A DNA stretch of 64,000 bases, from contig JAWODJ010000080.1 of NCBI GenBank assembly GCA_046483315.1, positions 9,313 through 73,312 of the forward strand, given 5' to 3'. Under the pieces are notes generated by a model, which was given only the letters and a program-made list of their open reading frames with translations, was not told where the DNA came from and did no database searches. A program made the position numbers and the translations under genes. The DNA comes from Bacteroidales bacterium (lineage in GTDB: Bacteria > Bacteroidota > Bacteroidia > Bacteroidales > PUMT01). Shown piece after piece: positions 1-11,400 of the stretch. Position 1 is the stretch's first letter; every line of letters begins with the position of its first letter.

Positions 1-1482
1 AAAGGTTACAGGGTTCTCACTGCCACAAACGGGCAGGATGCCATTGAGATGGTGCAGGCCAATAATCCTGACCTTGTATTTCTTGATGAATATATGCCTG
101 GTATAAGCGGTGTGCAGACCCTGGAGAAGATTAAGGCTTTTTTCCCCGCCCTTCCGGTAGTAATGATAACAAAAAGTGAGGAAGAGAATATCATGGAAGA
201 AGCGATTGCTTCAAAGATATCCGATTACCTTATCAAGCCGGTGCATCCCAAGCAGATATTGCTGGCAATTAAGAAAAATGTTGATAATAAAAGACTGGTA
301 ACCCAGAAAATAACCTCTTCGTACCAGTCCGAGTTCGGAAAACTAACCATGGCAATAAATTATGCCTCGTCATTTGATGAATGGGAGGATATTTACCGGA
401 GGCTGGTTTACTGGGAGATGGAGCTGGAAAACTCTTCCGACCCCGGCATGAATGAGGTTATTTCTCAACAGAAGCAAGAGGCAAACAGTGAGTTTGCCAA
501 ATTCATAAAATCAAACTATCCCTCATGGTTCCGGGAGGGAACAGAAAATAAACCAAGGCTGTCACATAATATTTTCGCTTCATCTGTATTTCCTCTTCTT
601 GATAAGTCTCGCAAGGTTGTTGTAATTGTCATCGATAATCTGCGATTCGATCAGTGGAAAGCCATACTTCCAGATATAACCGAATATTATCAGGTTAACA
701 GGGAAGAGCTTTATTGCAGTATCCTGCCGACAGCCACTCAATTTGCAAGGAATGCCATGTTTGCCGGACTGATGCCGTGGGATATCGGGAAACTGTATCC
801 GGAATTATGGATTAATGAGGATGAGGAGGGGAGCAAAAACCCGTTTGAAGAGGAGTTGCTGAATAAGCACCTTAAGAGGTCAGGGCAGCAGACCTCTGTT
901 TATTATGAGAAAGTTCTTCATCAGAAGAACGGCAGGAAACTGTCGGAAAATATATCATCAATCATAAGTAACCCGTTGACAGTCCTTGTTTATAATTTTG
1001 TGGATATGCTTTCACATGCGCGCACCGAGATGGATGTGCTCAGGGAGCTGGCAAGTGATGAAGCGGCTTACAGGTCAATTACAAGATCATGGTTCAGGCA
1101 CTCGTATCTTCTTGACCTGTTAAAGGAGTTGTCAACTCAAAATGTGAATCTGGTGATAACTTCTGATCATGGCTCGGTAAGGGTGGAAAACCCTGTTAAG
1201 GTAATAGGTGACAGGAACACCACTACCAATTTACGGTACAAGCAGGGCAGAAATCTCAATTATAATCCCAAGCAGGTTTTTGAAGTGCGAACTCCTTCAG
1301 ATATCCATCTTCCTAAAAGCAATGTAAGTTCATCATACATCTTCGCCACCGGAGGGGATTTCTTTGCTTACCCGAATAATTATAATTATTATGTCAATTA
1401 TTACAGGAACACCTTCCAGCATGGTGGTATATCCCTTGAGGAGATGCTGGTGCCCTGCGTTCTTCTGGAACCAGCAAAATAA
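1..1482 (+). CDS. porX: PorX-type response regulator (CheY-like receiver fused to a PglZ/alkaline-phosphatase-superfamily domain); 5' end cut by the window edge
   Basis: The frame stays open back to nt 1 (KGYRVLTATNGQDAIEMVQ). Receiver motifs LDEYMPGISG and DYLIKP are followed by PglZ-like VIVIDNLRFDQW and ITSDHGS. The domain order matches the Bacteroidota T9SS regulator PorX. Confidence 0.75.
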   Translation, partial: KGYRVLTATNGQDAIEMVQANNPDLVFLDEYMPGISGVQTLEKIKAFFPALPVVMITKSEEENIMEEAIASKISDYLIKPVHPKQILLAIKKNVDNKRLVTQKITSSYQSEFGKLTMAINYASSFDEWEDIYRRLVYWEMELENSSDPGMNEVISQQKQEANSEFAKFIKSNYPSWFREGTENKPRLSHNIFASSVFPLLDKSRKVVVIVIDNLRFDQWKAILPDITEYYQVNREELYCSILPTATQFARNAMFAGLMPWDIGKLYPELWINEDEEGSKNPFEEELLNKHLKRSGQQTSVYYEKVLHQKNGRKLSENISSIISNPLTVLVYNFVDMLSHARTEMDVLRELASDEAAYRSITRSWFRHSYLLDLLKELSTQNVNLVITSDHGSVRVENPVKVIGDRNTTTNLRYKQGRNLNYNPKQVFEVRTPSDIHLPKSNVSSSYIFATGGDFFAYPNNYNYYVNYYRNTFQHGGISLEEMLVPCVLLEPAK

Positions 1483-1493
1483 TTTTTCAGTAT

Positions 1494-1907
1494 ATGACGA
1501 TAAATTTTGACCTGGGTAATATTGATGAAGCTGCCGGACATCTGATCAGGTCTTTCCCGAAATCCAGGATATTTGCCTTTTACGGGGAGATGGGTTCGGG
1601 GAAAACCACTTTTATAAAGGCTGTATGCCGGTATCTTGGTGTTGACCAGTTCGTAACAAGTCCGACCTTTGCCCTGGTGAATGAATACCGCGACAAATTT
1701 GGGGAGAGGAATTTTTATCATTTCGATTTTTACCGGGTAGATAGAGTTGAAGAGGCAATGGATATGGGATATGAAGAATATTTTTACAGTAATGATTACT
1801 GTTTTATTGAATGGCCTGAAAAGATTACTGAACTTTTACCCGATAATACCGTCAAGCTTAAAATTGAGGTTACTGATAATGAAAAAAGGGTATTGCAACA
1901 GTGCTGA
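1494..1907 (+). CDS. tsaE: tRNA t6A37 threonylcarbamoyladenosine biosynthesis ATPase TsaE
   Basis: 137 aa with P-loop GEMGSGKTTF and the SPTFALVNEY motif typical of YjeE/TsaE. Confidence 0.9.
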   Translation: MTINFDLGNIDEAAGHLIRSFPKSRIFAFYGEMGSGKTTFIKAVCRYLGVDQFVTSPTFALVNEYRDKFGERNFYHFDFYRVDRVEEAMDMGYEEYFYSNDYCFIEWPEKITELLPDNTVKLKIEVTDNEKRVLQQC

Positions 1908-1986
1908 GTAAAAAAATATTTGAACATATTCTTCTTTTTCCTTAACTTGCTTTACTTCATATTTTCTTCATTTCAATAGATCCTAA

Positions 1987-3210
1987 ATGGAGCAACAAAA
2001 ATTTCCTCACTCCTGGGCATTGGGCAAGGGAAGTCTTCTACCCCAGGAAGAGGTCCTTGAGACGGGCAGAAAACGTAAACAGCTGGTAGTAGGCATTCCG
2101 GCTGAACTTCAAAAAGATGAAAACCGCACTGGCCTGACACCTGAAGCCGTAGAGCTGCTGGTCGGGAACGGCCACCAGGTTATTATTGAGACCGGTGCAG
2201 GAGCGGGCGCCAAATACAGTGACAGGGATTATAGTGAATGCGGAGGTTTTATTGTGGATGAACATTCTGAAATTTTTGCCAAAAGTGATATCATCCTGAA
2301 GATCTCCCCTCCCGTTGCATCTGAAATTGAGCATATGAAAGGTGGCCAGATGCTTATCTCGGCATTGAGGCCTATGGTTCAGGAGAAGGAATATTTTTAC
2401 AGCCTCATGAAGAAGAAAACTACGGCAGTCTCGTTTGAGCATTTAAGGAACATTGATGATACCTTTCCCGTAATTCGCTCTATGAGTGAGATTGCAGGCG
2501 GTGCCTCAATACTCATTGCTGCCGAATATCTGTCAAACCAGAACAAGGGTAAAGGTGTTATGCTGGGTGGCATCACAGGGATAACTCCTACAGAGGTGGT
2601 TATTCTGGGTGCGGGGACTGCCGCTGAATCGGCTGCCCGGGCTGCAATCGGACTGGGTGCTTTTGTCAAGGTGTTTGACCATTCGGTGGACAGGCTTCGC
2701 AGGTTGCAGGATGTTCTGGGGCAAAGGCTTTATACTTCTATTTTTCATCCCAGGGTGATAACAAGGGCATTGCAGTCCGCCGACGTGGTTATCGGAGCGC
2801 TTCATCTGGACAGCGAAGGCCCCCGGTTTTTTATTACCGGGGAGATGGTGAAAGAGATGAAAAAGGGATCGGTAATAGTTGATCTCAGCATAGATCAGGG
2901 AGGTTGTATTGAAACATCGGAGTGCCGGACACACCCCTCTCCTGTTTTTTTGAAATACGGTGTTGTGCATTACTGTGTTCCCAATATTCCCTCAAGGGTT
3001 TCAAGAACAGCTACTATCGCACTCAGCAATATTTTTGCCCCTCTCCTTCTGTCCATCGGCGAATCGGGAGGAATAAAGGCGGCCCTGATTGATAATATGG
3101 GACTGAGGAAGGGGATTTATATATATAACGGACTGCTGACCAACTCAATAATAGGACGTTTGTTCGACATACCGTCAAAGGACATCGACCTGCTAATGGC
3201 TGCTTTCTGA
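1987..3210 (+). CDS. ald: Alanine dehydrogenase / PNT-alpha-like NAD-binding dehydrogenase
   Basis: 407 aa with an AlaDH/PNT N-domain (GLTPEAVELLVGNGHQVIIE) and a Rossmann motif VVILGAGTAAESAARAAIGLGA. Confidence 0.75.
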   Translation: MEQQKFPHSWALGKGSLLPQEEVLETGRKRKQLVVGIPAELQKDENRTGLTPEAVELLVGNGHQVIIETGAGAGAKYSDRDYSECGGFIVDEHSEIFAKSDIILKISPPVASEIEHMKGGQMLISALRPMVQEKEYFYSLMKKKTTAVSFEHLRNIDDTFPVIRSMSEIAGGASILIAAEYLSNQNKGKGVMLGGITGITPTEVVILGAGTAAESAARAAIGLGAFVKVFDHSVDRLRRLQDVLGQRLYTSIFHPRVITRALQSADVVIGALHLDSEGPRFFITGEMVKEMKKGSVIVDLSIDQGGCIETSECRTHPSPVFLKYGVVHYCVPNIPSRVSRTATIALSNIFAPLLLSIGESGGIKAALIDNMGLRKGIYIYNGLLTNSIIGRLFDIPSKDIDLLMAAF

Positions 3211-3216
3211 ATGGGG

Positions 3217-6200
3217 TTAAAAGTAGGCCCTCATCTGCATTCCTCCTGTATGTATGAACCTGTAGCCCTTTGCTGCCCTTCCGCTGTAATCAAGACTAAG
3301 CTGCAGGTTGCCCGTAAGATTCTGCATGACACTAACCGATAGTGTCATGTTGTTGCCCCGTTTCAATCCTTCCAGCATTTCCCATTCCAGGGGAGTGTTG
3401 GACTGCCCGTCATATGTGATGTAAAAATAGTCGGCTCTGACCATTATGTTTCCTTTTGATGGGATGGACCAGTTCAGCTCGGTTCCGAGATTCTTCTGCT
3501 CCGACTTTTCCTTTCCGGGATGGTTTATTTTTCTTCTCCAGTCAAGATGCACGGAAGCCCTGAGTTCATAGCCAGGCTCAAAAGAAACAGTAAGGTCTCC
3601 GCCAAGAATTTCAATATCAAAATTCCTTCCGGGGAAGAAGCCGGAGTGGAACAATTTGTTTCCTTTTTCCATCCTGTTGCTAAATGTAACGGACTGTGAT
3701 GCTTTCCATCTGCCATGAATGGCATCGGAGCGCATAAACCTGGTATCCAAACCGTTTACCATAAGTATCCTTGACTTATTATTCTGGTGAAGGTATTCAG
3801 CAACAAAACGTTTATCTGCCGTTTGAAACGAGATGGTATTCCGGAAAGAGGATGTGATGTTTATCAGGTTCGTATCGGCCAGATCGGCAGAGAAGGGGTT
3901 AATACCTGATATCAGATCAGGGTGACTTGTTTTTTGTCCGCTCTTAAAGGCGGTCCGGCTGGTAAAGAGGGACAGTAATTTTTGCAGACCGTTTCCGTTT
4001 TGCCAGTCGTTTGGTGCACTTACACGGATATTGTTGCTGAACTGGTTTGCCCGTGTGCGTATGAAATCGTCGGAAGGGATCATTACTCGAATATAGTTTG
4101 CCTGATCGGGAAATACAGCGATTTCAAATTCATCCAGTTCTTTAATTCCGTTATCATTATAATCGGTCCAGGTATGTGTTCCCTGACCCTTTGCCACCTC
4201 TATATACATAAAATCTTTTTTCACCTCCATTCCCGAGCCCGTTTCATAGAAAGCCGAACCTGTTATGCTGCCCCTTAAAAGATTCAGCCTTGCTTCCAGT
4301 CTCCCGTTAAGCGAGTTTTCCGGTCTGACTTTTTCAATAGTACTATTCACGGGTTTAAGACTTCGATGATGAATTGTGCCCGACAAGCGGTTTCCCTGAC
4401 CTACATCTGATCTGAATCCGGCTGACAGTTCCCTTGCATGTGAGGAAGGCAGTAACCTGGTATTATCTGTTTCTGTATTCTTTTGATGAACAGGTGCATC
4501 TTCCCCTGGATTATCATGCCCGTTAATGTGAAAAATATTTTCATCGCTTGTTTTAGATGGGTGCCTGTCTTCTCTCTCCCGGTATGCAGTGAAAAAGTGG
4601 AAATTTGATGTGTCGGGATTTTCAAGAAAAATTTCCCACTGATGAAATGCATGGCTTGATGGCAGAAGGTTACCCGGTTGCTTCCGGATCCTGTTATCCT
4701 CTCCCTCACTGCGCAGTCCCAGTCGCAGAAGCCATAAAGGCCTGCTCACTTCTGCCGTATGTCTTAAAAATCCTGTTCCTGATATCCTGCTGTCTGAGTT
4801 TAGATAGGATAGCATCAGCCTGCTTTCGAAACCGGCTGCTCCCGTAGCTGCCTCAAGCATATTCCTTAATCCGGAGTAGGTACCGGTGCGGCTGAGGTAT
4901 TCTCCCCTGTACCGCACAAAATCACTTTCTCTCCAGTTGTAGGCAGCATACCAGGCCAGTCTTTGCTCATCTGCCGTTTCTTTTATCTCTTCCAGGTTCC
5001 AGTCTCTTTCATATTCAACAGGCCTGTAGCGTTCGGCAGTGGAGAAATTTTTACCCGAATATTCATAATCGATGCCTCCTGCCAGCATCTGGAAGGCGCC
5101 AAGAGGGATCGTGTTATCCATACCCAGTCTGAATGCCAGTCCCACATTATCTTCATTATCCAGTTCAGAGAAAGTGTTCTTATCCGAATTACTTATGGCG
5201 AACTCATAGGATGCTTCTGTTTTATCAGAAAAAGAGCTGCTTCCACCCATACTTACAACCTGTTGTTTTTTAGGGGTGACCAGAAGCATGACAGGTTCAT
5301 GGCTGCCTGAAAGAACCCCGTTTACCGGGGCAGCCCACCGGAAAACGCGGCCGTTTGCAGCATTTCTTTCAGGCAGGTAATTTCCCTTGTTTTCGCCAAC
5401 ATAAGAGAAGCTGAGACTGTAGCTGGCCTTTTCCGGATCCGCAGAGTATTTATAGATGGTATGGTTTATCCCGTCAACAACAGTGTCGGTTTTTTCATAG
5501 AGGACAATATCATCCCTGAATTCCACACTGTCTGTTGTTGGCACCCATGCCCGGTGGAGGCTGTCGCCTGTTTGAGACAGCAGCTCTTTTTCTTCCTCCT
5601 TAAGATCCTGGAGCAGGGGCTGGTTTTTTGCATCATGCTCTGAGAAAATATTTATGAAATAGTTGCCTTTGTCTGTTATAACACCCGTATTGTTGGAAAG
5701 CATAAACCTTACATAGTTTCTGTCCGAGTATTCAAATTCAACAATTATGCGCCTGTCTTTTGTAACAGGCATATTCGAAGTAAAGGTTATCTCGGCGAGG
5801 TTGTAATCGATGGTATAATCCCTGTCCACCCCCCTGGAGAGCAGGCGTCCGTCAATAAAAACCCGTTCCGTGCCCGCCAGTACTATAATGAACAATTCAT
5901 TGTTGGCACCTTTGAGTTTATAGGGACCCTGGTTGCCTTCAATGCCGGGAATGCTGTTCCGGTGATAACGGCCTTTTGCCACTGCCGCACTCGCCGTGTT
6001 ACTAATAGTGTTTAAGGGGCCGCCGGTCTCAGTAACCGTTGAAAATTGCACTCCCTGGGCTTTTTTGTCAAGTGGAAGAAACATGCCGTCTCCGGCTTTC
6101 ACTTCAAAATCGCCTGCAGTCAGGCTAAGGTTTTCATTATAAAGCTCAATGAATATGCGGTCAAATTCATGTATCTGCTGAGAATATCCTTCGGGCTGAA

Positions 6201-6816
6201 GCGGAATATTCTGATCGGATATAGTGGCCGTGATGTTGAGATTATCATCCAGTTTTCCTGATAACCGGAGGTTAAGATTGGAATTTACTATCACATCCTG
6301 GTTATTTCCGAAACTTATGCCTCTCGATATACTTCCGCTTCGCATGAGAGTTTCCTCTTTCCAGATATCGTCGCTTACGGGGCTGTAAGTATACCGCTCC
6401 ATATCACCCGTTGCTTCCTCTCTTTGATACGGGATAATGAGGCTGGTGTCTTTCCTGTTCATCTCCAGGCCGGGATCGGAGGTAAAAACCCTGTAGCTTA
6501 CATACACTTCCCGCCCGTAATAAGGAAAGTCTTTGTTAAATAAGAGCATTGAGTTTAAGGGGTCGGCCGTAAAAAACGAATCATCTATCTTTTCTCCTTC
6601 GGGTGACTTTATTTCAATGCTTTCCGGTACAATTCTCATGCTGTCCAGCCGGATGGTGTCGCTGCCGGCTTGTACGGTTTTCTCTCTTAATCCGGACAGA
6701 TCCTGCGAAAATAGCCCGACCGGCAGAAACAATATCAATATTTTAACAATGATCTCTTTCAAGCATGACCATCTTTTGGTAGTAGTAAGAACGAAAATAA
6801 TAACAATTCGGTACAT
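3217..6816 (-). CDS. Large uncharacterised outer-membrane protein, predicted beta-barrel
   Basis: 1199-aa ORF with a hydrophobic N-terminal signal (ILILFLPVGLFSQ). The C-terminal half is rich in alternating aromatic residues. The C-terminus, GGMQMRAYF, resembles an OMP beta-signal. I recognise no family. Confidence 0.55.
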   Translation of the reverse strand: MYRIVIIFVLTTTKRWSCLKEIIVKILILFLPVGLFSQDLSGLREKTVQAGSDTIRLDSMRIVPESIEIKSPEGEKIDDSFFTADPLNSMLLFNKDFPYYGREVYVSYRVFTSDPGLEMNRKDTSLIIPYQREEATGDMERYTYSPVSDDIWKEETLMRSGSISRGISFGNNQDVIVNSNLNLRLSGKLDDNLNITATISDQNIPLQPEGYSQQIHEFDRIFIELYNENLSLTAGDFEVKAGDGMFLPLDKKAQGVQFSTVTETGGPLNTISNTASAAVAKGRYHRNSIPGIEGNQGPYKLKGANNELFIIVLAGTERVFIDGRLLSRGVDRDYTIDYNLAEITFTSNMPVTKDRRIIVEFEYSDRNYVRFMLSNNTGVITDKGNYFINIFSEHDAKNQPLLQDLKEEEKELLSQTGDSLHRAWVPTTDSVEFRDDIVLYEKTDTVVDGINHTIYKYSADPEKASYSLSFSYVGENKGNYLPERNAANGRVFRWAAPVNGVLSGSHEPVMLLVTPKKQQVVSMGGSSSFSDKTEASYEFAISNSDKNTFSELDNEDNVGLAFRLGMDNTIPLGAFQMLAGGIDYEYSGKNFSTAERYRPVEYERDWNLEEIKETADEQRLAWYAAYNWRESDFVRYRGEYLSRTGTYSGLRNMLEAATGAAGFESRLMLSYLNSDSRISGTGFLRHTAEVSRPLWLLRLGLRSEGEDNRIRKQPGNLLPSSHAFHQWEIFLENPDTSNFHFFTAYREREDRHPSKTSDENIFHINGHDNPGEDAPVHQKNTETDNTRLLPSSHARELSAGFRSDVGQGNRLSGTIHHRSLKPVNSTIEKVRPENSLNGRLEARLNLLRGSITGSAFYETGSGMEVKKDFMYIEVAKGQGTHTWTDYNDNGIKELDEFEIAVFPDQANYIRVMIPSDDFIRTRANQFSNNIRVSAPNDWQNGNGLQKLLSLFTSRTAFKSGQKTSHPDLISGINPFSADLADTNLINITSSFRNTISFQTADKRFVAEYLHQNNKSRILMVNGLDTRFMRSDAIHGRWKASQSVTFSNRMEKGNKLFHSGFFPGRNFDIEILGGDLTVSFEPGYELRASVHLDWRRKINHPGKEKSEQKNLGTELNWSIPSKGNIMVRADYFYITYDGQSNTPLEWEMLEGLKRGNNMTLSVSVMQNLTGNLQLSLDYSGRAAKGYRFIHTGGMQMRAYF

Positions 6817-6892
6817 GTTTTCTTATGGCTGCTTTGAATTATTTCATATCTAAAACTACCTTTGCCGTGATCATTTACTTAATTTCCTCTCA

Positions 6893-8125
6893 ATGCATAT
6901 TGTATATAATATTGCCATCAGATTATACACTATGGTAATATTTCTTGTATCACCTTTTAACAGGAAAGCCTGTCTCTGGTACAGGGGCAGAAAGGGTTTC
7001 TTCAGGCGCTGGTCCGGATTTGATCCCGGCAAACGCAGGGTTGTATGGTTTCATTGTGCTTCACTTGGCGAGTTTGAACAGGGGCGCCCTGTAATTGATG
7101 AGGTAAGGAGGAGGGATGATAATATTTTCATTTTGCTGACTTTCTTTTCTCCTTCAGGATTTGAGGTAAGAAAGAACTCTGCCCTTGCCGATGCTGTTTG
7201 CTATTTGCCGGCCGACACACCTGCAAATGCAAGAAGATTTATCGAGATATTCAGGCCGGATATGGCCGTTTTTATCAAATATGAGTTCTGGTATAATTAT
7301 ATTGACATACTGAACCGTAAAGGGATACCTCTTTATCTGATCTCTGCAAATTTCAGGGCGGACCAGGTTTTTTTCAGATGGTACGGAAGATGGTTCGGCA
7401 AAATACTGCATATGTTCAGTCATATTTTTGTTCAGGGTGAAGATTCGGCTGCACTGCTCAAATCTGCCGGCATTAAAAATGTCACTGTGTCGGGAGATAC
7501 CCGTTTTGACCGTGTTTATTTTATTGCACGTTCTGCTACCCGTATTGAAGCTGCTGCTGCTTTTTCCAAAGGGGCCTTTACGATAGTGGCCGGCAGTACC
7601 TGGCCTCCTGACCATGCCCTGTGGGTGAGGTTCATGAATGAGACGGTTCATAATATAAAGCTTATTATCGCACCACATGAGATTAATGAATATGAGATTG
7701 ACCGGTTAGCCGGCCGGCTGGAGCCGGGGGTTATCAGGTTTTCAGGTATTAACAGTGCAGATCCCGGGGCCGCACAGGTAATGGTAATAGATAATATGGG
7801 AATGCTGTCATCTCTCTATTCATACGGCAACCTGGCTTATATAGGAGGCGGGTTCGGAAAAAACATTCACAATATCCTTGAGGCATGCACACACGGGTTG
7901 CCCGTAATATTCGGTCCCAGATACCGGAATTTCCGCGAAGCCAGGGATCTGGTGCGGCTTGGCGGGGCTTTTCCGGTTGCGGATTATGATAGTTTCTGCA
8001 GTAAGGTTGACGAGTTGATTGTCAACAGGGAACTGTTAATTAAAGCAGGCCACATTGCCGGCCGGTACGTGAAATCCGGCATCGGAGCCAGCAAAGTTAT
8101 TGTTAATAAAATCTTTATATCTTAG
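6893..8125 (+). CDS. waaA: 3-deoxy-D-manno-octulosonic acid (Kdo) transferase
   Basis: 410 aa with the hallmark WFHCASLGEFEQGRPVI motif and a GT-B C-terminal half. Confidence 0.9.
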   Translation: MHIVYNIAIRLYTMVIFLVSPFNRKACLWYRGRKGFFRRWSGFDPGKRRVVWFHCASLGEFEQGRPVIDEVRRRDDNIFILLTFFSPSGFEVRKNSALADAVCYLPADTPANARRFIEIFRPDMAVFIKYEFWYNYIDILNRKGIPLYLISANFRADQVFFRWYGRWFGKILHMFSHIFVQGEDSAALLKSAGIKNVTVSGDTRFDRVYFIARSATRIEAAAAFSKGAFTIVAGSTWPPDHALWVRFMNETVHNIKLIIAPHEINEYEIDRLAGRLEPGVIRFSGINSADPGAAQVMVIDNMGMLSSLYSYGNLAYIGGGFGKNIHNILEACTHGLPVIFGPRYRNFREARDLVRLGGAFPVADYDSFCSKVDELIVNRELLIKAGHIAGRYVKSGIGASKVIVNKIFIS

Positions 8126-8449
8126 ATTATTCTCTCCGGTCGCCATAATCCATTTTTGTCTTTCTTTGTATTGTCTTAATCTGGCTGTAATATATGCCGG
8201 AGTTATAACTAAAACCAGGGTTGCTGAGACTGCCGGCCAGTTTTTATCATAATGATTAATAGCTGATTACAGATTTTTTTGCCTGGTCAGTCCGGGCGGT
8301 TTCACTAATGGCAAAAGAAAGCAGGTCTGTTTAATAATTATTTAACGTTGACTTCAAGATTGATTCATCCTTGATATTTAGTTTTGTAATCTGTTTCAAA
8401 AACAGGAATGTTATTTTTTTTTAACTATCAATAATTCTTAAATTAAACT

Positions 8450-11400
8450 ATGAAAATGATTAAAAAACTTGCATTTATACTTGCCTTTTTTGGTATTGCA
8501 GCTGCATCTTTTTCGCAGGGTGTCACTACCGGATCAATGAATGGCAGGGTGACAGATTCAGATGGTGAGCCACTTCCCGGGGCAACCGTTATTGCGGTAC
8601 ATACACCTACAGGCAGTAGTTACGGAACTGCCGCATCAATTGACGGAAGGTTCAACATTCCTAATATGAGAGTGGGAGGACCATACGAGGTCACAGTCTC
8701 TTTTGTCGGCTATGAAGCCTGGGAAATTGATGATCTTTCCATAAACCTTGGTGCAGCATCACAAGTTAATGCTATTCTTACTGAGACAGGTATAGAGCTG
8801 GGTGAGGTATTTATTGTTCGAAGGGCCGGGTCGGCTGGCCAGAATACCGGGTCAAGCACACGGATATCCTCCGATGATATTGCTTCTATGCCTACAGTGA
8901 ACAGAAGTGTGTTTGACTTTTTAAGGCTTACACCGCAGTCTGGTGGATATGGTGGTGGTATCTCTTTTGCGGGCACCAACAACCGCTACAATGCCATTTA
9001 TATTGACGGTGCTGTAAATAATGATGTATTTGGTCTGGCAAGTTCGGGAACCAACGGAGGTCAAACGGGCATATCTCCCTTTTCACCTGACATAATTGAT
9101 CAGTTCCAGGTGGTGATCTCTCCGTACGATGTAACACTCGGTGGATTTGCAGGTGGTGGTGTTAATGCTGTGACAAAATCGGGAACAAACACCCTTGAGG
9201 CTACTGCATATTCCTATTTCCGGAATCAAAATTTTGTTGGGAAGACTAATGGTGTACTGGCTAACAGGTTGAACCTTGATGAGAGAGAAAGAGTGGATGA
9301 TTTTAATGAGAATGTTTATGGTGTCTCTTTTGGCGGGCCCATCATTAATGATAAAATGTTCATATTTTCCAATGTCGAGATACAAAGGGATGAAACTCCA
9401 AGACCCTTCGACATAACTGAATACACTTCAGTGGATGGCAGGGTTTCCACAAGCGATTTGGAGAATCTGAGAAATTATATGATCAGCAATTACGATTATG
9501 ACCCGGGTAGTTTCGGAAGTACGGCACAAAATCTGGATGGTTTAAAAATATTTGCCAAGATCGATTACAACATAACCGATGAACATCGTCTGACTGTAAG
9601 GCACCAATACACAAAAGCAGAACAGTTCAACAGATTTTCCGGCAATAGAAATACAGTAAGCTTTTCCAATACCGGTATTTATTTCCCCAGCATAACAAAT
9701 TCATCTGCAGTGGAGTTAAACTCAAGGTTCGGAACAGATTATTCCAACAACCTTATTATTGGGTATACCAGGGTACGTGATGATCGCAGTCCACTGGGCA
9801 ATAACTTCCCCTATGTTTTCATTGATGATGAGAATAGTGGTCTGATAAGGATGGGTTCCGAGCAATTTTCCACAGCAAATCAGCTGGATCAGGATATCTT
9901 TACTGTCACCAACAATTTTAATATTTACAGGGGTGATCACAAAATTACTATAGGGACCCACAATGAGTTTTACAGTATATACAATTTGTTTATCAGGCAA
10001 AACTTTGGTGTATACAGTTTCAACAGCCTGGATGCTTTCCTGAATAATGAACCTGCATATCGATATACGAGAAATTACTCCCTTGTTGATGATATTACCG
10101 GAGGTGGATCTGCCGCAGCCGCAGATTTTAATGCCATGCAGTTTGGCGTTTATGCACAGGATGAATGGATAATAAGCCGTCAGCTTACTCTTACTGCCGG
10201 CCTCAGATTGGACTTGCCAGTCATTGCCGGTGATCCTGAGGAAGATTCCTATTTCAACCAAACAGCGCTACCTCAATTGCAGGCCGCTTATGATATAGCC
10301 GAAGGTGCACAGGCAGGGAAATCCCCTGACGGCCAGATTATGTTTTCACCAAGATTGGGTTTCTCTTATGATATTTCAGGAAACAGCCTGAATATATTAC
10401 GTGGTGGTGCTGGTATTTTTACCAGCAGAATTCCCTTCGTATGGCCAGGAGCTCAGTTCAACAACAATGGGCTGACTCAGGGACAGGTTCAGGACCGCGA
10501 TATTGCTGGTGATGTATTTTTTAATCCTCAATGGGATAATCAGCCTACCAATCCTAATTTCACTGTTCCTTCCGGACAAATGGACCTGTTTGTTGAGGAC
10601 TTTAAGTATCCACAGGTATTTCGTACTAATTTGGGATTGGACTACAGGCTACCGGGTGACATTGATGTTACTGTTGAGGGGTTATATACAAAAACACTCA
10701 ATAATGTCCTGTACACAAATATCAATTCTGATCCCACTCTTGATTTTACGTGGACAGGCACTCCTGATAACAGGAAAGTATTTGTTAATTCCCGTATAGA
10801 TAATACATACTCGGCAGTTTACCTTGCATCAAATACTTCCGATGGTTATACTTATAACCTCTCTACATCACTGGCCAAAAATTTTGGTTTTGGCTTGAGA
10901 GCAATACTTGCTTATTCCTATGGTGATGCTTATGCACTCAGCGAAGGTACTTCATCTCAAAACTCTTCCCAGTGGAGAGGCCAGGTAAATATCAATGGAC
11001 GGAACAACCCTGAATTAGGACGTTCTGACTTTGCAGTAGGTCACCGGGTGTTATCCTCTCTCTCCTATGCTTACAACTGGACTGCTGACGGCAATAACAA
11101 AACCACAGTATCTCTGTTTTTAAATGGTCAGTCAGGCACCCCATACTCTTATATTATTTCCGGGAGAGATGCACGCAACCTGAATGCAGAAAGTGGGAGT
11201 ACCAGCAGAAACAGAAGTTTGGCCTATATACCTGCAAGTGCATCGGATATTAATCTGATAGACTATGCAGTAAACGGCAATGTTGTTACCGCTGCCCAGC
11301 AATGGCAAAATCTGAATAATGTAATTGAGGATGATAAATACCTGAGCGAAAACAGAGGTCAGTATGCCGAAAAGAATGGAGCATGGTCTCCGTTTGCGGC

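Noticed and set aside
8215-8240. B12-box-like string (gctgagactgccggcc) upstream of the TonB-dependent receptor, suggesting a cobalamin riboswitch
   Set aside because: It matches the B12 box only partially. The other conserved elements (GGGAA...GGTGAAA-TCC core, GCCACTG) are not visible in 8126-8449.
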